64,000 nt of DNA, from assembly GCF_028641065.1 (NCBI RefSeq), contig NC_073415.1:11532001-11596000 (forward strand), in the 5' to 3' direction. Of the stretch, positions 9,599 through 23,800 are shown in pieces. Every line of letters starts with the position of its first letter. Position 1 is the first letter of the stretch. Source of the stretch: Leucoraja erinacea (taxonomy: Eukaryota). Below the pieces are notes generated by a model. That model had not been told where the DNA came from. It searched no databases and was given only the letters and a program-made list of their open reading frames with translations. The position numbers and the translations under genes were made by a program.

Positions 9599-12500
9599 GT
9601 TGGTTTATTGATCATTTTTGCGTGCGACAGATTTCTGTTTAAAAATAATTAGATCATCCTCTCAATGTATCCATTCCAATGTTGGATCTGATCACAGCAA
9701 TGACGAGGTTTAAATTACTTTCCTGAAAAGTCTACATTAGTACAAACTATTGAAGAGATGATCAGATGTCAGCATTGGTTTCCTTTATCATTGTTAATTT
9801 TTTGCATCTTTCATTCATTGTTCTTTATCTCTCTACATCATCGTCTATATCTCTAGTTTCCCTCATCCCTAACCAGCCTGAAGAAGGGGCTCAACCCGAA
9901 ACGTCACCAATTTCTTTTCTCCAGAGATGCTGCCTGTCCCATTGAGTTATTCCAGCTTTTTGTGTCTACCTTTGGTTGTTCTGTTTGCAGAGTCAGGCAT
10001 TGGGAAGTATCGGTGGTCTCTCCACAAAGGTCCTATCTTTTGATTGTTTCATATTTCACATCGTCTCTCTCTACTTCCCCCTCCCCTTCCCCGATTAAGC
10101 TCCATCATCTTCCACCCCACCCAATTCCACTCATAGCCCAGCAGCATGTCTAACCCCTATCCCTCACCTCTTTCTTCTGACTATCTGCCATCCACACTCT
10201 TGGTCCTCATGCAGTGCTCAACCAGAAACGTCATCCGATCCTTTGCTTGTACGGATGCTTCTCGAGCTGCTGCGTTCCAGTGTTTTCGCTCCAAATTGCA
10301 GCATTTACAATCTCTTGTCACCCCAAGGTTTCATCTTTTTATTGGATCTGAAGACCCCATTACAATTAAAAGAGTGGCAAGGGCAATCTCAAGTCAGTAC
10401 ATGTACAAATCCCACTCTGCTCCTTACTGCAGGAACCCACATGTCCTCCAACTCTGTCACGCTAATGTTCTGGTTACAACTGGACGGTCAACATAGACAA
10501 GGGTGCCTGAAGGACTGTTTTATTTGCTGTAACTCCACTCTTTTATCAAGCAATTCCCTGCATTCGAAAAGTATATTTCAGATAACTGCTTGCTATAGAG
10601 ACTTTGTTTAAAAACAGAATTGTGCATGGAAAGCTCCAAGATAGACTAATGTAACTAGGAACAATTCAAAGACGACATTGATTCAAGTGAAATTAAATTG
10701 AAAACAGTCAAAGACCTTCTGATTGCACAAAATTAGTGGCTCGATTGTAATCATTTATTGTCTTTCTGCTGACTGGTTAGCACGCAACAAAAATGTTTTC
10801 CGCTGCACCTCGGTACACGTGACAATAAACTAAACTGAACCAGATTGAACCATCACAACTGTTCAAAGGCCAACCATCATCAGCTGTTCAATCTCAAACC
10901 TCCTCAAAAATAAAGATGAGAATAAGAGGAGGTTGCTGATTAACTGTTCGATTTGATTCACATTTGAGAATGAAATGGCTAATGAATGAATGCAGGAAGA
11001 CCTGGAGTATATTAATCAAAAAGGAACCATGGGCTCTGATTTACAGAAAAGGACAGTGTTGGAGTAACTAATTGGGTCAGACAGCAGCCATGGAGAACAT
11101 GGACACGTGATGGCTTCATCAGAGTCTGTAGATGGATCCCTACCTGAAATGTCACCTATCAGTGTTCTCAAGTTTGTTCAGCTTGTCCCAAGGTCATGGT
11201 ATGAAAAATGCTAGGTTTTCATTTCGGAAACAGAATTCAATTAAATAACAAAAGGATAAGTTTATTATATCTTTTGCAGATTATACACAACACACACCAC
11301 GCGAGTAGCACAGTCATTGTTAAATGCACGTACATACAAAAAATATTCTGGCTATTACCGCTAAAATAAAGAAGAAATATTTACATTGATTGCCATCCAG
11401 TTAAATCATGTACACACTGCAAATAAATCCATTGGATTGTTGACTACAGGCACATTACTCGGTGGAGTCCAAGGGCAGAACATTGAATCAAATTGCTCCT
11501 TCCAGTTCAAGGCATGCGATCTGACTGCAGATAGTCACATCAATCCCCTCACAACCACCTTCTGAAGGAACGGGAAGCTCCTGTTAATTGCTGAAGGATA
11601 CCCAGATCTGGTTTAAAAACAAGACACAGTGCTGGAGCAACTCAGCAGATCAGGCAGTATCTCTGGAGAACACGGACAAGTGACTGAAGAAGGATCACGA
11701 CACAACACGAAATGTCATCTATCTGTGTTGTCCAGAAATGCTGCCTGACCCACAGAGTTACTCCGGCACTCTGTCTCAATATACAGTCATAATGTTGAGA
11801 AGAGCATAAAGGAACCAGGAAGGTACTGACCAAATTCAGAAGTTCCAATGAAGACAAGTGATTGATCTGGGTCTTTGGTGGAGGTGAGGAAAGCATAGTA
11901 CAAGTTGGAATACAACACTGATATAACCCGGCTTGAAAAGTGCTTCGGGTTTCAGGCAAGTCAATGAATTCACTGCAATCTTTCAAAAGGCCAAGCTGTA
12001 TGCACAAGAGTAAATATACAGCTGAACACAAAGCACAATGCACCTTGGATAATGCCCTGTGCCCTGTGGCTATGAATGGATCACCTTCCAACAGAAACCA
12101 GAAAATATCACTTCAACCCAATGCACCTTGAACTACAAATGTCTTTCCCACAAGTGCTTTTTGCAGGGTCAACTTCTTAAATGTGCCAATGGAGAGCAGA
12201 TTGCTAAACCGTTTCAAAGCTGCAATACATTCGGAACAATTTTTAGTATCATTCCATTAAAAGAGCGGAGTGTTGGGAGAGTTCTGTAATTCAGGCATAC
12301 ATTGTAATTAAACAGGATACATGTGGATTAAGGCAAACATTTTGAAAAGTGGCAAGCTAGCTATCCCATGAATAGTTTAAACTGGACTGCAAGGTTATCC
12401 ACAACCAGATGAATCCACCCACATTTTCTACATGTCATTAAATAAATTTTCAATGTAGACGGACAAATTAAATCCATAATATTATTGGAGAAAAAGTTTA

Positions 12501-14729
12501 CAGACATCCAATGCATTGAAAAAAATCCCATTTACGTGGAACTTGTGCAGAGTGGGTCGGCAATGCATTTAGTTAGTGCAATGAAGCTTCAGAAAGTGAA
12601 CACATGCAGCTTGGCGGACCTCACCGTGAGCAGAGGCTCCAAGTAATCTCCTAATCATCTCCTTGAGCTGCAGAAGGGCAGGAGTTCTTGCAAACATTGA
12701 CAAACTAGGCCTTGGCTGAAAAACCTACAACATCCCCTTTGGTGTGAAATGTGACAATACCTGGTCGCTCGACTGAGAGAAGGAATGTTGTGCTCGCTAG
12801 GTGTAGCTGGACTCACAGCTCAGAAAACTGGATTCAACTTAGAGGATGGGTAAAGAAAATAATCTTGTCACATTTCTCCAGTAAACATAAAAACAAAACA
12901 CATTTAAAATACTCGCTAGAAGAAAGCTCTCAGTTAATAAAGAGAACTTCATTAATAATTTACCTTCGAGGTATTAAGTGTTTAGGCGTGAAAATATCTT
13001 TGAATACGAGCTTCACTAGGTTAAATAATCTAGAAAATCAATTCATCTCCTGTTGTGCATCCTGTGGGACGCTGGTCCATGCCAACCTGCCTGTAATCGG
13101 ATGTAGGTTTGGGCCACGATTCCACATTAAGCCTTTAGTTTTGGCAGTGCTCGTGGCACAGGAGCAGAGGGTGGGTGCGGGGGCATAAACAGGAGAGCAC
13201 TACCTGTGGAAAACCCAGAGTGCAAATCGCCCTCGACCGCTTCCTTCAAGTGGGTTTAATAGCTTGAGTAGATGTTGTCCCACTGACCATGGACGGCCAG
13301 GACAATAGAGAGGGCAAGCAATAAGGCCACAGCTCCCGAATTAGTCAGAGGGAACCTGATTCAGCAATGTGTCATCAATTGCACATCATCCAACAGGAAT
13401 TTAAGTAAGATTACTGGCAATGGAAAATATGATACGAAACGTGTATAATCTGCAATATATATTTTGGTTTCAGATTAAATGTACTTATTGCAATTGTAAT
13501 TTTAAAATTCAACATCTGTCCCACTGATCCTTAAACATATTTTTGTCCTAAATTCTATTTTTCATTATTTGGTTTAAAAAATATACTTCAATAAATGTCA
13601 AACATATATAATGTATGCCTATATAAAGCAACAATGGGGTGGCTGCACAGTTGGTATTCTACACAGTCCAATCAAAGGGATTTGGGTTAACTTTATCTGA
13701 ACCTGAATCTAAAGAATGAAACACACAAGTTTAATGCCTGTTCACATATGCAAGCAGAGGGGCTTGGTAAAGATTATGCAACACAATACAAATATATCAT
13801 CTTTTATGATTTGATCCCAGCTTCCAGTTTACAATGAAAAGTGCAGTAAAAAATTTTACAAGAGGGATTTCATTGGTGTCGAGGCACTCTCTGCAATTAT
13901 ACATGAAAAGATTGGTTACAGAAGTAAAGCAACTCACCAGATGGCAAGTTGTTTGCTAGCTTTGGTTGCGTTTCACAAGGTAGCAGATAGCATCAGTGCA
14001 CCTCATTCTTCAACCTGTAGATTCTGGTTCATGACAACCGTTGTAACTTATTCTCGCCCCTTTCTATCTAAACCTGGGGTGAGTCACCCCGACAACTCCT
14101 TCTGCTGGTTAAAAGTTCCACGGACAAAGGTGTGTGGTTGGGTGCAGGAGGGGACCGTGTAGGTTGTGATGTGGAGGGCAGAGTGAAGTCTGGGTGGAAG
14201 GAAGGGCCAGGTGAGCTGACCACAGGGAAGGGAGGAAGCCACAAGATTTCTATCACCACCAGCTAGCTACAGGTTACCCAGAGCTCAAGGACACAGACGG
14301 TGCGGACCAGGCACCGACGGCAGGAGTTCCCCGACTTATCTACACACCCGTAACACCTTCGCACTTAGCAAAAGGGTAACCTGCCACTTATTGGAAAATA
14401 CAGACTAACTATTCCAACAGTGGGCTCAGGGAACATTTAATGAATCACCATCCAAGTGGTGAGGGACATTTTTATTTGGGAGGCAGCAAAATGGTGTGGA
14501 AGAGGAGGAACTCATAGGAAGCTTCCAAAATGGCAAGCAAATTAGCACTGATGGCACCCAGGCGTGACAATTACAAAAGGATACAACTGTAAACTTCAAT
14601 TGAAGGATAAATAAATAATTACATCTATCTCTCGTGAGCTAAACATACAACAGATGATTTAGAGTCTGTGGATTTAATTACAGTCGGAAAACTATAAGCT
14701 TTTGAAGGGACGGTGACATCCAAGTTGTT

Positions 14730-14809
14730 TCAGCTTTGTGCCTCCAAGGGATTGTCTAAATTCTTCAGGCTGTCCAGGAATTTTTCTGGAGTGAGGATGT
14801 GAGTTGAAC
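14730..14809 (-). CDS. STXBP2: STXBP2 exon 19 (coding part, stop TGA)
   Basis: [25 protein letters not shown]. Confidence 0.93.
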
Positions 14810-17800
14810 CTAGAGTGGAGACAAAAAATGGATAAATGTTGTTCTGTTATTGACCAGATAAAAATAGACATGCCTCAGCTGCAAGTGAAGGATCAAGCAT
14901 TCCCAACAGGCAGGTCCGTGACAGAGGAATTCATTGCCACAGACAGTTGTGGAGGCCAAGTCAATGGATATTTTTAAGACAGATTGATAGATTCTTAATT
15001 AGTATGGGTGTTAGGGGTTATGGGATTGAGAGGGAAAGGTGGATCAACCAAGATTGAATGGGGGAGTAGACTTGATGGACCAAATGACTTAAATTCTGTT
15101 CTCATCACTTATGAACATATTACCTCAAACTTTTACTATTACCTTGCATTTAGCATTTGTTGCAAGTGGATGGTCAGTGTCAAACTGTGCTCGTCAGAGC
15201 CTCCTGTACACAAATTAGATGCTTGTTTTCCTTTGCAACAAGAGTGACTTACACGGCAAGAATATTTTGCTGCTCACAATAATAAGAGGGAGTTAGATTT
15301 AGCTCTTAGGGCTAACGGAATCAAGGGATATGGGGAGAAAGCAGGAACGGGGTACTGATTTTAGATGATCAGCCATGATCATATTGAATGCCTTGAAGGG
15401 CTGAATGGCCGACTCCTGCACCCATTTTCTATGATAACTATTTCTGACAGGAATATGAAAAGCAGGACGAACTGAAATAGGTGACTTGCATTTATGAGCC
15501 AATTCAAACCACAATCCCCAGCTGCTATTTCATGTGCCAGCTGATAGTGGACCCTTGACGAACCTTGTTTGGATAGAGTTGGTCAAAGTCTATAATATTT
15601 GGACAAATTCTATAAGTGTTTCCAATATAGATGATCCCACGTAGATATTTTACTATCCCAACATTAAAGAAACATTTAGACAGGTACATGGATAGGATAG
15701 ATTTAGAGGGAAATGGGCCAAAGGCAGGTAGATGGGCGAGTGTAGATGGGACATCATAAGTGATAGGAGTAGAATTAGGCCATTTTCAGCCCATCAAGTC
15801 TACTCCACCATTCAATCATGGCTGATCTATCTCTCTCTCTCTCCCCTAACCCTATTCTGCCTTCTCCCCATAACCTCCGACACCAGTACATGTTGGTTGG
15901 CGTGGGCAAGTTGGGTGGAAGGGCCAGTTTTGATGCTGTATGATGCTAGAATGGCAGAGCTGCCACACTTACCGATCAACACCTCCCATTTGTTGTCGGT
16001 GGCTTTTGTTACTTCATAGGCGCAGCGCATCTCAGACATGGTGATGCCTCCGATAACAAAAACAATGAGTCGGGGTCCACTTCTGTACTCTGTTGGAGTC
16101 TTGCTCTTGTGCCAGTGACCAAAGCGGGCACTGGAAGGGGGAAGAAATGTTCACTTCAGTTAAAGACTCCTCAGATATTATTAACACAGTATTAATAAAT
16201 ACTGGAGCGGGTTATTCCATGCATGCACACAATCTCACTGTACCAATTGGGGCATGTGACAATAAACGTGAACATTAATACAACATTTAAGCCTTTATTC
16301 TGGCTGTGGGAATTGCTGGCATGGTCAGCACTTATTGCCCATCGAAGCATTTTGATACAACTGAAGAGTTTAAAGAAATAATAAAATGGAACTGCAGTTG
16401 CTGGTTTATACCAAAGATAGACACAAAGTGCTAGAGTAACTCAGCGGGTCATGCAGCATCCCTGGTGTCTCGACCTAAAACATCACCCGTCTTTTTTTCT
16501 CCGCAGATGCTGCCTGACCTGCTGAGTTAAGCTAGCACTGTGTCTATCAGTGATATCACTCCACTCATTTAGTCTCACTGCTATGTAACATGGAATCACA
16601 CAACACCTGCAATAAAGAGAACCAAGCTATTTACTGGTTTAGTTTAGAGATACAGAGTGGAAACACGCCTTCGGCTCACCGAGTCCACACCGACCAGCGA
16701 TCCCCGTACATTCACTACACTACACACTAGGGACAATTTTACATTACACCAAGCCAATTAATATATAAACCTGTACATCTTTGGAGTGTGGAAGGGAAAC
16801 CCCACGCAGGTCACTCCATACAGACAAGCACCTGTAGTCAGGATTGAACCCGTGTCTCTGGCGCTGTGTGGAAGTAACTCTACCACTGCGCCACCATGTC
16901 ACCTGTTCAATCTGTGCAACACACCCCACATCTGACTTTGGTTTTCAACTAAATAGGTTAGAGTAGGCTTCAATCACATACCTCACTGCTGTCTGAGTGG
17001 ATGTCGTTGGAGTGGGGTCCGAGACAAATGGCCACTGCTTTTTGCAAAGCTTTTCTTCTGTGGCATCCTGTGAAAACCACAAGCTGTTACGCAGAAATAT
17101 CGACACCATTGCAAAGTAACATATTTGGATTGGTTCTCAGTCTCTGGTACAACACAAGCTAAATTATTCAGGGTGGGCTGCATCCTGCAGACAGATACTA
17201 TGAAGAGGGACGTCATATATGTTGACACTGAAAACATTCACAGCTCCAACAGTGCTGAGAATTCCTATTACACTCGTGCCTGCACTGCTGTTTGCCTGTA
17301 GATCTCAGAGACAAGAAATATATCCCAGGTCTTTCCGTGATGCATGGCACAAGCATGTTTTACAATGAAAATACAGATCACATTCCATCCACAAATGTGC
17401 AGCACACAAACTGGATTTGTACTATAAGCACCAACCTCCATAATGTCTTTAATGGCTGGTGTCCACCTGGAGAGTTGGTAAGTTGACTCTGTTCGATGTT
17501 TTCTGTCTTGTTTCGACTTGGAGGGTGATCCACCCTTAAAATGAAATGGAAAAGGATATTAGAACGGAGAACAGTGCAGCATAAGAAGAGGTCCTTCGGC
17601 CCACAATGTCTCTGCCAAACATGATGCCGGGACCATCTCTTTGATCTGCCTGTGCATTATCTATATCCCTCCAATACCTGCATATCCATGTACCCATACA
17701 AACGCCTCTTAAAGGCCAATGTCCTATCTGCCTGCATCACCACGTCCTGGCAATCACACTGAACAAAATCTATGTTCTTCCATTCGTTGTATATCCACAT

Positions 17801-20800
17801 GCTTATCCAAACGTCCAACATGGATATATACCATAAATAATTTTAAAACATTACAATTTGATAAGGTTAATATACACTGAATTATACCTGTAAAACATAC
17901 GGAACAAAACAAGAATTTAGTTCAAAAATACCTATTGTTGCATTGTTGCCGAAAGTGACCAGAAGCAAAATTGAACTGCAGTGTATCCAGGTATTACATA
18001 CCCCAGTGATGATGGTAGTGCCTAGGTTCTGAACATTTTGGATGATGCTGCTGTCAACCTGGATGTTTGCGTGCTGAATAAGTTTGGTGAGGTTCTCCTC
18101 TGTGATCCCTGAAACAACCAAAGGCCACAAGGTTCAAATACAGAAATGATAACGGAGTCATGAGAGACAAGACTGCGCAGATTGTGGAATATTGAGTTAA
18201 AATAACGTTCTGGGGGGAACTTAACGGGTCGGGCAGCATCTGTGGAGGGAAACTGATGGAATGTTTCGGGTTGGGGCAGATGGAGTTGAGACGGGATAGG
18301 TGGTAGAAAGAATGGCTCTTTCTAGATACTACCCCCTCTCTCTGCTCCACCAGAGTGAAGATGGGACCCCACACACAACATTCTATCTGTTGCCCTTCAC
18401 AGATGCTGCTTAACTCTCTGCGTTAGGCCTGAAAATGTGACAACCAGGTTCAAGAACAGCTTCTTCTCGACAACCATCACATTCTTGAACACTACACAAC
18501 ATTAACCATAACCTTATCTCAACGTCTAGGACCTATTCTGGACTTTGTTTTGGTTGCACCACACGTTGGTTTGGCACAATTATGGCTACCTACTATTATT
18601 ACTTATTAATATATTGCATTATGGATTATTGTATATTTATTTGTCTGCTATTTTGTTCATGGGTCGTGAAGCTGTGGCAAGTATGAATTTCATTGTTCTG
18701 CTGCCGGTACAAATGACAATTGAACACACTCTTGACGTGTAGGAAGGAACTGTAGATGCTGGTTTATACCAGAGATAGACACAAAATGCTGAATCACTCA
18801 GCGGGTCAGACAGCATCCTTGGAGAAAAGGAATAGGTGATGTTACGGGTCAGAATCCTTCTTCAGACTGAATAGTGTGTCTTGTCAACTGGGTGTGATAG
18901 ATCCCATTGTATTATTCCAAAGAGCAGCAGAAATGGTTACCCCCCCCCCCCCCCCCCCCGATAGCTCTGATCAGCATTGCTATAAAGAGACACCCTTCTC
19001 TTTGAGAACTTCCTGTGTGAATTTAGATGTTGTATTTCCTACATAATGTGCAATAACTGCATTTCAAAACTGCTTCAGTGGTTGCAAAGTATGTTGGGAC
19101 ATCTAAAAGTAAAAGTTACCAGATCAATGGAAGCCTACACTTAAGATATTTACAAGCAATTACATTTAGAACTTTCTCCTCCTTAGTTTGAAATGCGAAA
19201 CTGAAAGGCCAAGAAGTTGATGTGAACCCTGGCCAACATTGACGAACTTGGCAGAGACTGAAATTAGCAGCTTAGTATTACTACAATTCACTGTTTACAC
19301 CATCTTTAACAGACTGAGGAATCAGATTCCAGAAAATCTATCACATCAAGTTGCATCAGTAGCCGAGTATTCTTTACTGGAATAAACTCCCATAATGATG
19401 ATACTTTGATGTGCCACGTCATGCTTTCCTTTCTGGCCACCAAGCTGTAGCAACAAGAGCTCTCATGCTGGCTCTGCTGAGTACAGCCTCACCTAATCTG
19501 CCTTGTAAAAACATCTGTAATTCTCAATGGATGAACTGAATAGTACTTTAATGTAAAAATACCACACCTGATTTGAGGAAGATATACAACAGGATGATTC
19601 TAATCTTGTCATAGGATTTGATACTTGTATCCAGTAAAATCGGCACGATTATTNNNNNNNNNNNNNNNNNNNNNNNNNNNNNNNNNNNNNNNNNNNNNNN
19701 NNNNNNNNNNNNNNNNNNNNNNNNNNNNNNNNNNNNNNNNNNNNNNNNNNNNNNNNNNNNNNNNNNNNNNNNNNNNNNNNNNNNNNNNNNNNNNNNNNNN
19801 NNNNNNNNNNNNNNNNNNNNNNNNNNNNNNNNNNNNNNNNNNNNNNNNNNNNNNNNNNNNNNNNNNNNNNNNNNNNNNNNNNNNNNNNNNNNNNNNNNNN
19901 NNNNNNGACCATGTGGGTTTCCTCCCTCATCCAAAAGACATGTGGGTTTGTAGGCTAATTGGCCCTCTGTAAATTGTCTCTAGTGTGTAGGGAGTGGATG
20001 AGAAAGCGGGATAACATAGAACTAGTGTGAATGGGTGATCGATAGGCTCATATGAAAATGACCAGTTTATTATTCATGTCACAAAAATTGGCCAATGCCC
20101 TCTGACCATTACTAACAACTACATTAGCACGTGCTCCCAGTGATCTGACCTGCTCCACTTTGCACATCTTCTCAACTGTGCCTTTGAAATGCTTCATACA
20201 GTCTTCAACCAAATGCAAGTGTGTTGAGTACTGGAAGGGAAAAAAAAGTATTATTACAAGAACCATGGCAATATCAAATAATGAAAGAGGCCTTCGCAAG
20301 TAGTTCCTATGCACACTTTTATAAGACTTTCCCCACCCCTCAATCTTGTAACCATGCCTCATAATTTGATATTCTTCCAATAGTGGGAGCATCTAAACAG
20401 CTACCACCAAGTCCTACAAGAATCTTGTATGTTGAATAAGATCACCCTTCTCAAATCCAAAGATTTGGATCTAAATTTCCTCAGGAACTAGCGGTATAAC
20501 AATTCCCCTCACTACATAAGCCCAGTGGACCTCCTTCAGACCGCCTCTAATGACAGCACATGATATCCTTTCTTAAATAAGATAACCAAAACTCTGCACT
20601 GTACTTCAGATATGGTCTTATCAATATATCCTGTAATTATAAAAGGGTTAATGTTCCATTCAGTATTTCCCTGTGGGAACAGATTGCTAGAGCTTGCATT
20701 GTAAACGCGTCTGCTCATTTATTCTTGCATCCGACTGACAGATGGGAAACATAGCACGTACTTTACTGAGCTCCTTTTGATATTGTGGCATTTTCTTCAG

Positions 20801-23800
20801 CATTTGAGAAAGATCCCGCAGATTTGCCTGAAAGAAAAATCAGTGATTTTGTCATTGGTTTCACTTCAACATCAACTGCTCAAAGTATGAAACTAGTACG
20901 TGTGTGCCTGAAGTTATCCTGGGCACATCCAAATGTAATATTCATTTATACTGTCCACATCCAATGAAGAGACTTTAACACTTGTGAAACAGCGTCTTGG
21001 GTCCTCAATGACCTCAAGGACCATTAGATCTGTTTTAAATTGGAACCATTAATTGAAGTTTTGGACAGAGATGCGATGCAATGAAGGATTGGGGTTTAAA
21101 TTTAATATTAGCCTACTTTAACTCCCAAAAATCTGCTTGTAGTACATTAATGTTTCACATTTAATTTCCGTGGTAAACAAATCTGTACAAGACGTCAACA
21201 TTCTTACCCTCCAATCACTGATAATGATGATTAGAATCGCATCCACACATCAATAAGGAGCAACTAATCAAACATAGAACATAAGAGAATAGCCCTTGAG
21301 TCCCGTCGGCCAAGCTAACCTAATTTCATTGCCTGCACGGGATCCATAGACCCCCATTCCCTGCATATCCACGTGCCCACCTAAAAGCTCCTTAGATACC
21401 TGCCTCCACCACCATATCTCGCAGTGTGTTCCAGCCATCTACACCCTCTGTATAAAAAAAGTTACCCTGCACATCTCCTTTAAACTTTGCCCTTCTCACC
21501 TTCAAGTTATGCCGTGTAATCTTTGACATTTCCACCCTGGGGAAAAAGGTTCTGACTCCTTATCCTATTTATGTCTCTCATCGTTTTATGTACTTTGATC
21601 AAGGTCTCCTCTCAGCCTAGGCATTCCAACAAAATAATCAGTCTCATGACAAGGTATAAAATTAGCTCTGCAACAAAGAGTCCAATCCCCTTCACTTATT
21701 TAACCTTCATTTGGAGCTACAAATTATACGTGCGGAATAAGCATTCAATAAACCTCTGCTCACCTTATCAGTGGTCATCCTTTTGCTTTCACAGAATGTC
21801 TTTAATAACTCTGTCACCTGCCTGTATGAAAGGGAGGAGAGTCAAGAGTATTTTATAACAAACAGTGATAGTGCAAAAACAAAAACAAAAAATCCCCAAA
21901 TCTATGTAGTTTGGAGGTTGTAGTGTTTAATGGCCTGGTGGGTGTAGGGAAGGAGCTGCTCCTGAACTTGGCTGTGACAGTTGTCAGGCTCCTGTACCGA
22001 GCCCACACGTGGCATGAGTGAAATGAGAGCGTGTCGAGGATGGTATGGGTCTCTGACGATGCTGGCTGCCTTTTTGAGGCAGCGACTCCTGTAGACACCT
22101 TAGAAGATGGGGAGATTTCAAGAGAGTGAGATTAGCTCTTAGGGCTAACAAAATCAAGGGATATGTGGAAAAGGCCGGAACGGGGTACTGATTTTGGATG
22201 ATCAGCCATGATCATATTGAATGGCGGTGCCGGCTCAAAGGGCCGAATGGCCTACTCATGCGCCTATTTTCTATGAGATCAGTACCCATGATGAACACTT
22301 TTGTCTTGGAGTTGAAACTCTCTGATTCACAGCAAATCTAGAACGTAGTAGCAATACTGCTTTACAAGTATTCTGTAGCCATTTACCAATCAGTTATCAC
22401 ACAATGGAATTGGAGTATAATTTGTCTGTTATATCAAGTCACCCGAGTCCTCCATGTAGAAGGTGCAAAGGAGACTTGTTTTTTAATGTGTGTGCATGTA
22501 GAATCAATGAATTATAATTTTAAATTCCTTTACTATTCTCCATGGTGCAAACAACACTAAGTGGATGAGCACAGGAAGGTTGGATAAAATAAAGTTGTCG
22601 TTCAACATTTGTAGATGGCAATTATTATTTTTATTCTAGAAGTGAGGTAATTGCATGTGTGTTTATATTTTACTAGTTTTCTGAGAATTTTCTGAGTTTT
22701 CAGAGCAAAGATTATGGTACTTCAGTGTGGAAATGTTGACAGATATTAGGACCACATGGAAAACAGTAACTGTGCTAAATGAAGCAGAATGTACAACATT
22801 TTTCCAAACCGTTAGTGAATTGTTCACTCCAGCACCACAGGCATCCTTCACTATTTCACAACAAATAAAGTGCTTTTGAAGTTTAGCTACAATTCAAATG
22901 CACATACTTGGAGACGTCAGCAATGTGCAAGTGGCGCAGCTTCATCCACAGCTCGTCGTCCTCGTCGAGAAGAGTTTCTTTCACGCGTGACTCTGCCACT
23001 CCTGTAGTATCATACCTGAGGAACAAAGCAGTAAAGTGTTCAAGCATGTACCCAGCTTACTACAAAGACAGAAAGTTGCTGAGATTGCAATTTAGCCCCG
23101 ACAAAATATCTCTAGGTTCGACACAGTGGGGCAGTGGTCGAGTTGCTACCTCACAGCGGCAGAGACCCAGGTTCGATCCTGACTATGGGCGCTGTCTGTA
23201 TGAAGTTTGTACGTTCTACTTGTGACTAAATGGGTTTTCTCCAGGTGTTCCGGATTCCTTCCACTTTCCAAAGAAGTGCCAACTTGTAAGTTAATTGGCT
23301 TCTGTAAAATTCCCCTAGTGTCTCGAATGGAAAACTGGGATAACATAGAACTGGTGTATGGGTGATAATTGGTCAGGTTGGACATGGTGGGATGAAGGGA
23401 CTGTTTCCTTGCTGTATCTCTAAACTAAAGTTTCCATTCTCCCCTCTTGAATCACGAGGAACTGAGAAATGGAATATTAAAATCAACTAAAGGCAGAAAA
23501 ACTCAGAATGAAGCGCTAAAGATCTCAAAGGAAACAATGAACAAACATTTTATACTGTTCAAATTGGTCTTTACTTGAAAGTGTTATCCTTAATAATACG
23601 GGATTCTTTCACAACCTTCAACGGAATGTATCCCAAGAGGGTTGCAGCAGCTCCAACACAAAACGTTAGTTTAAAAGGTAACTTACGAATATATGTCTTG
23701 TTCAATGGGCAGAAGGTCGTGGGCCATTGCCTGGAGTGTGAGCTCATGTAGTATTGGGGATACACAGTCATAACCACGATCCAGAATCAATAGTTGTGAA

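Noticed and set aside
23120-23190. tRNA-like A/B boxes here and in similar copies
   Set aside because: Heads of V-type SINEs; no complete cloverleaf.
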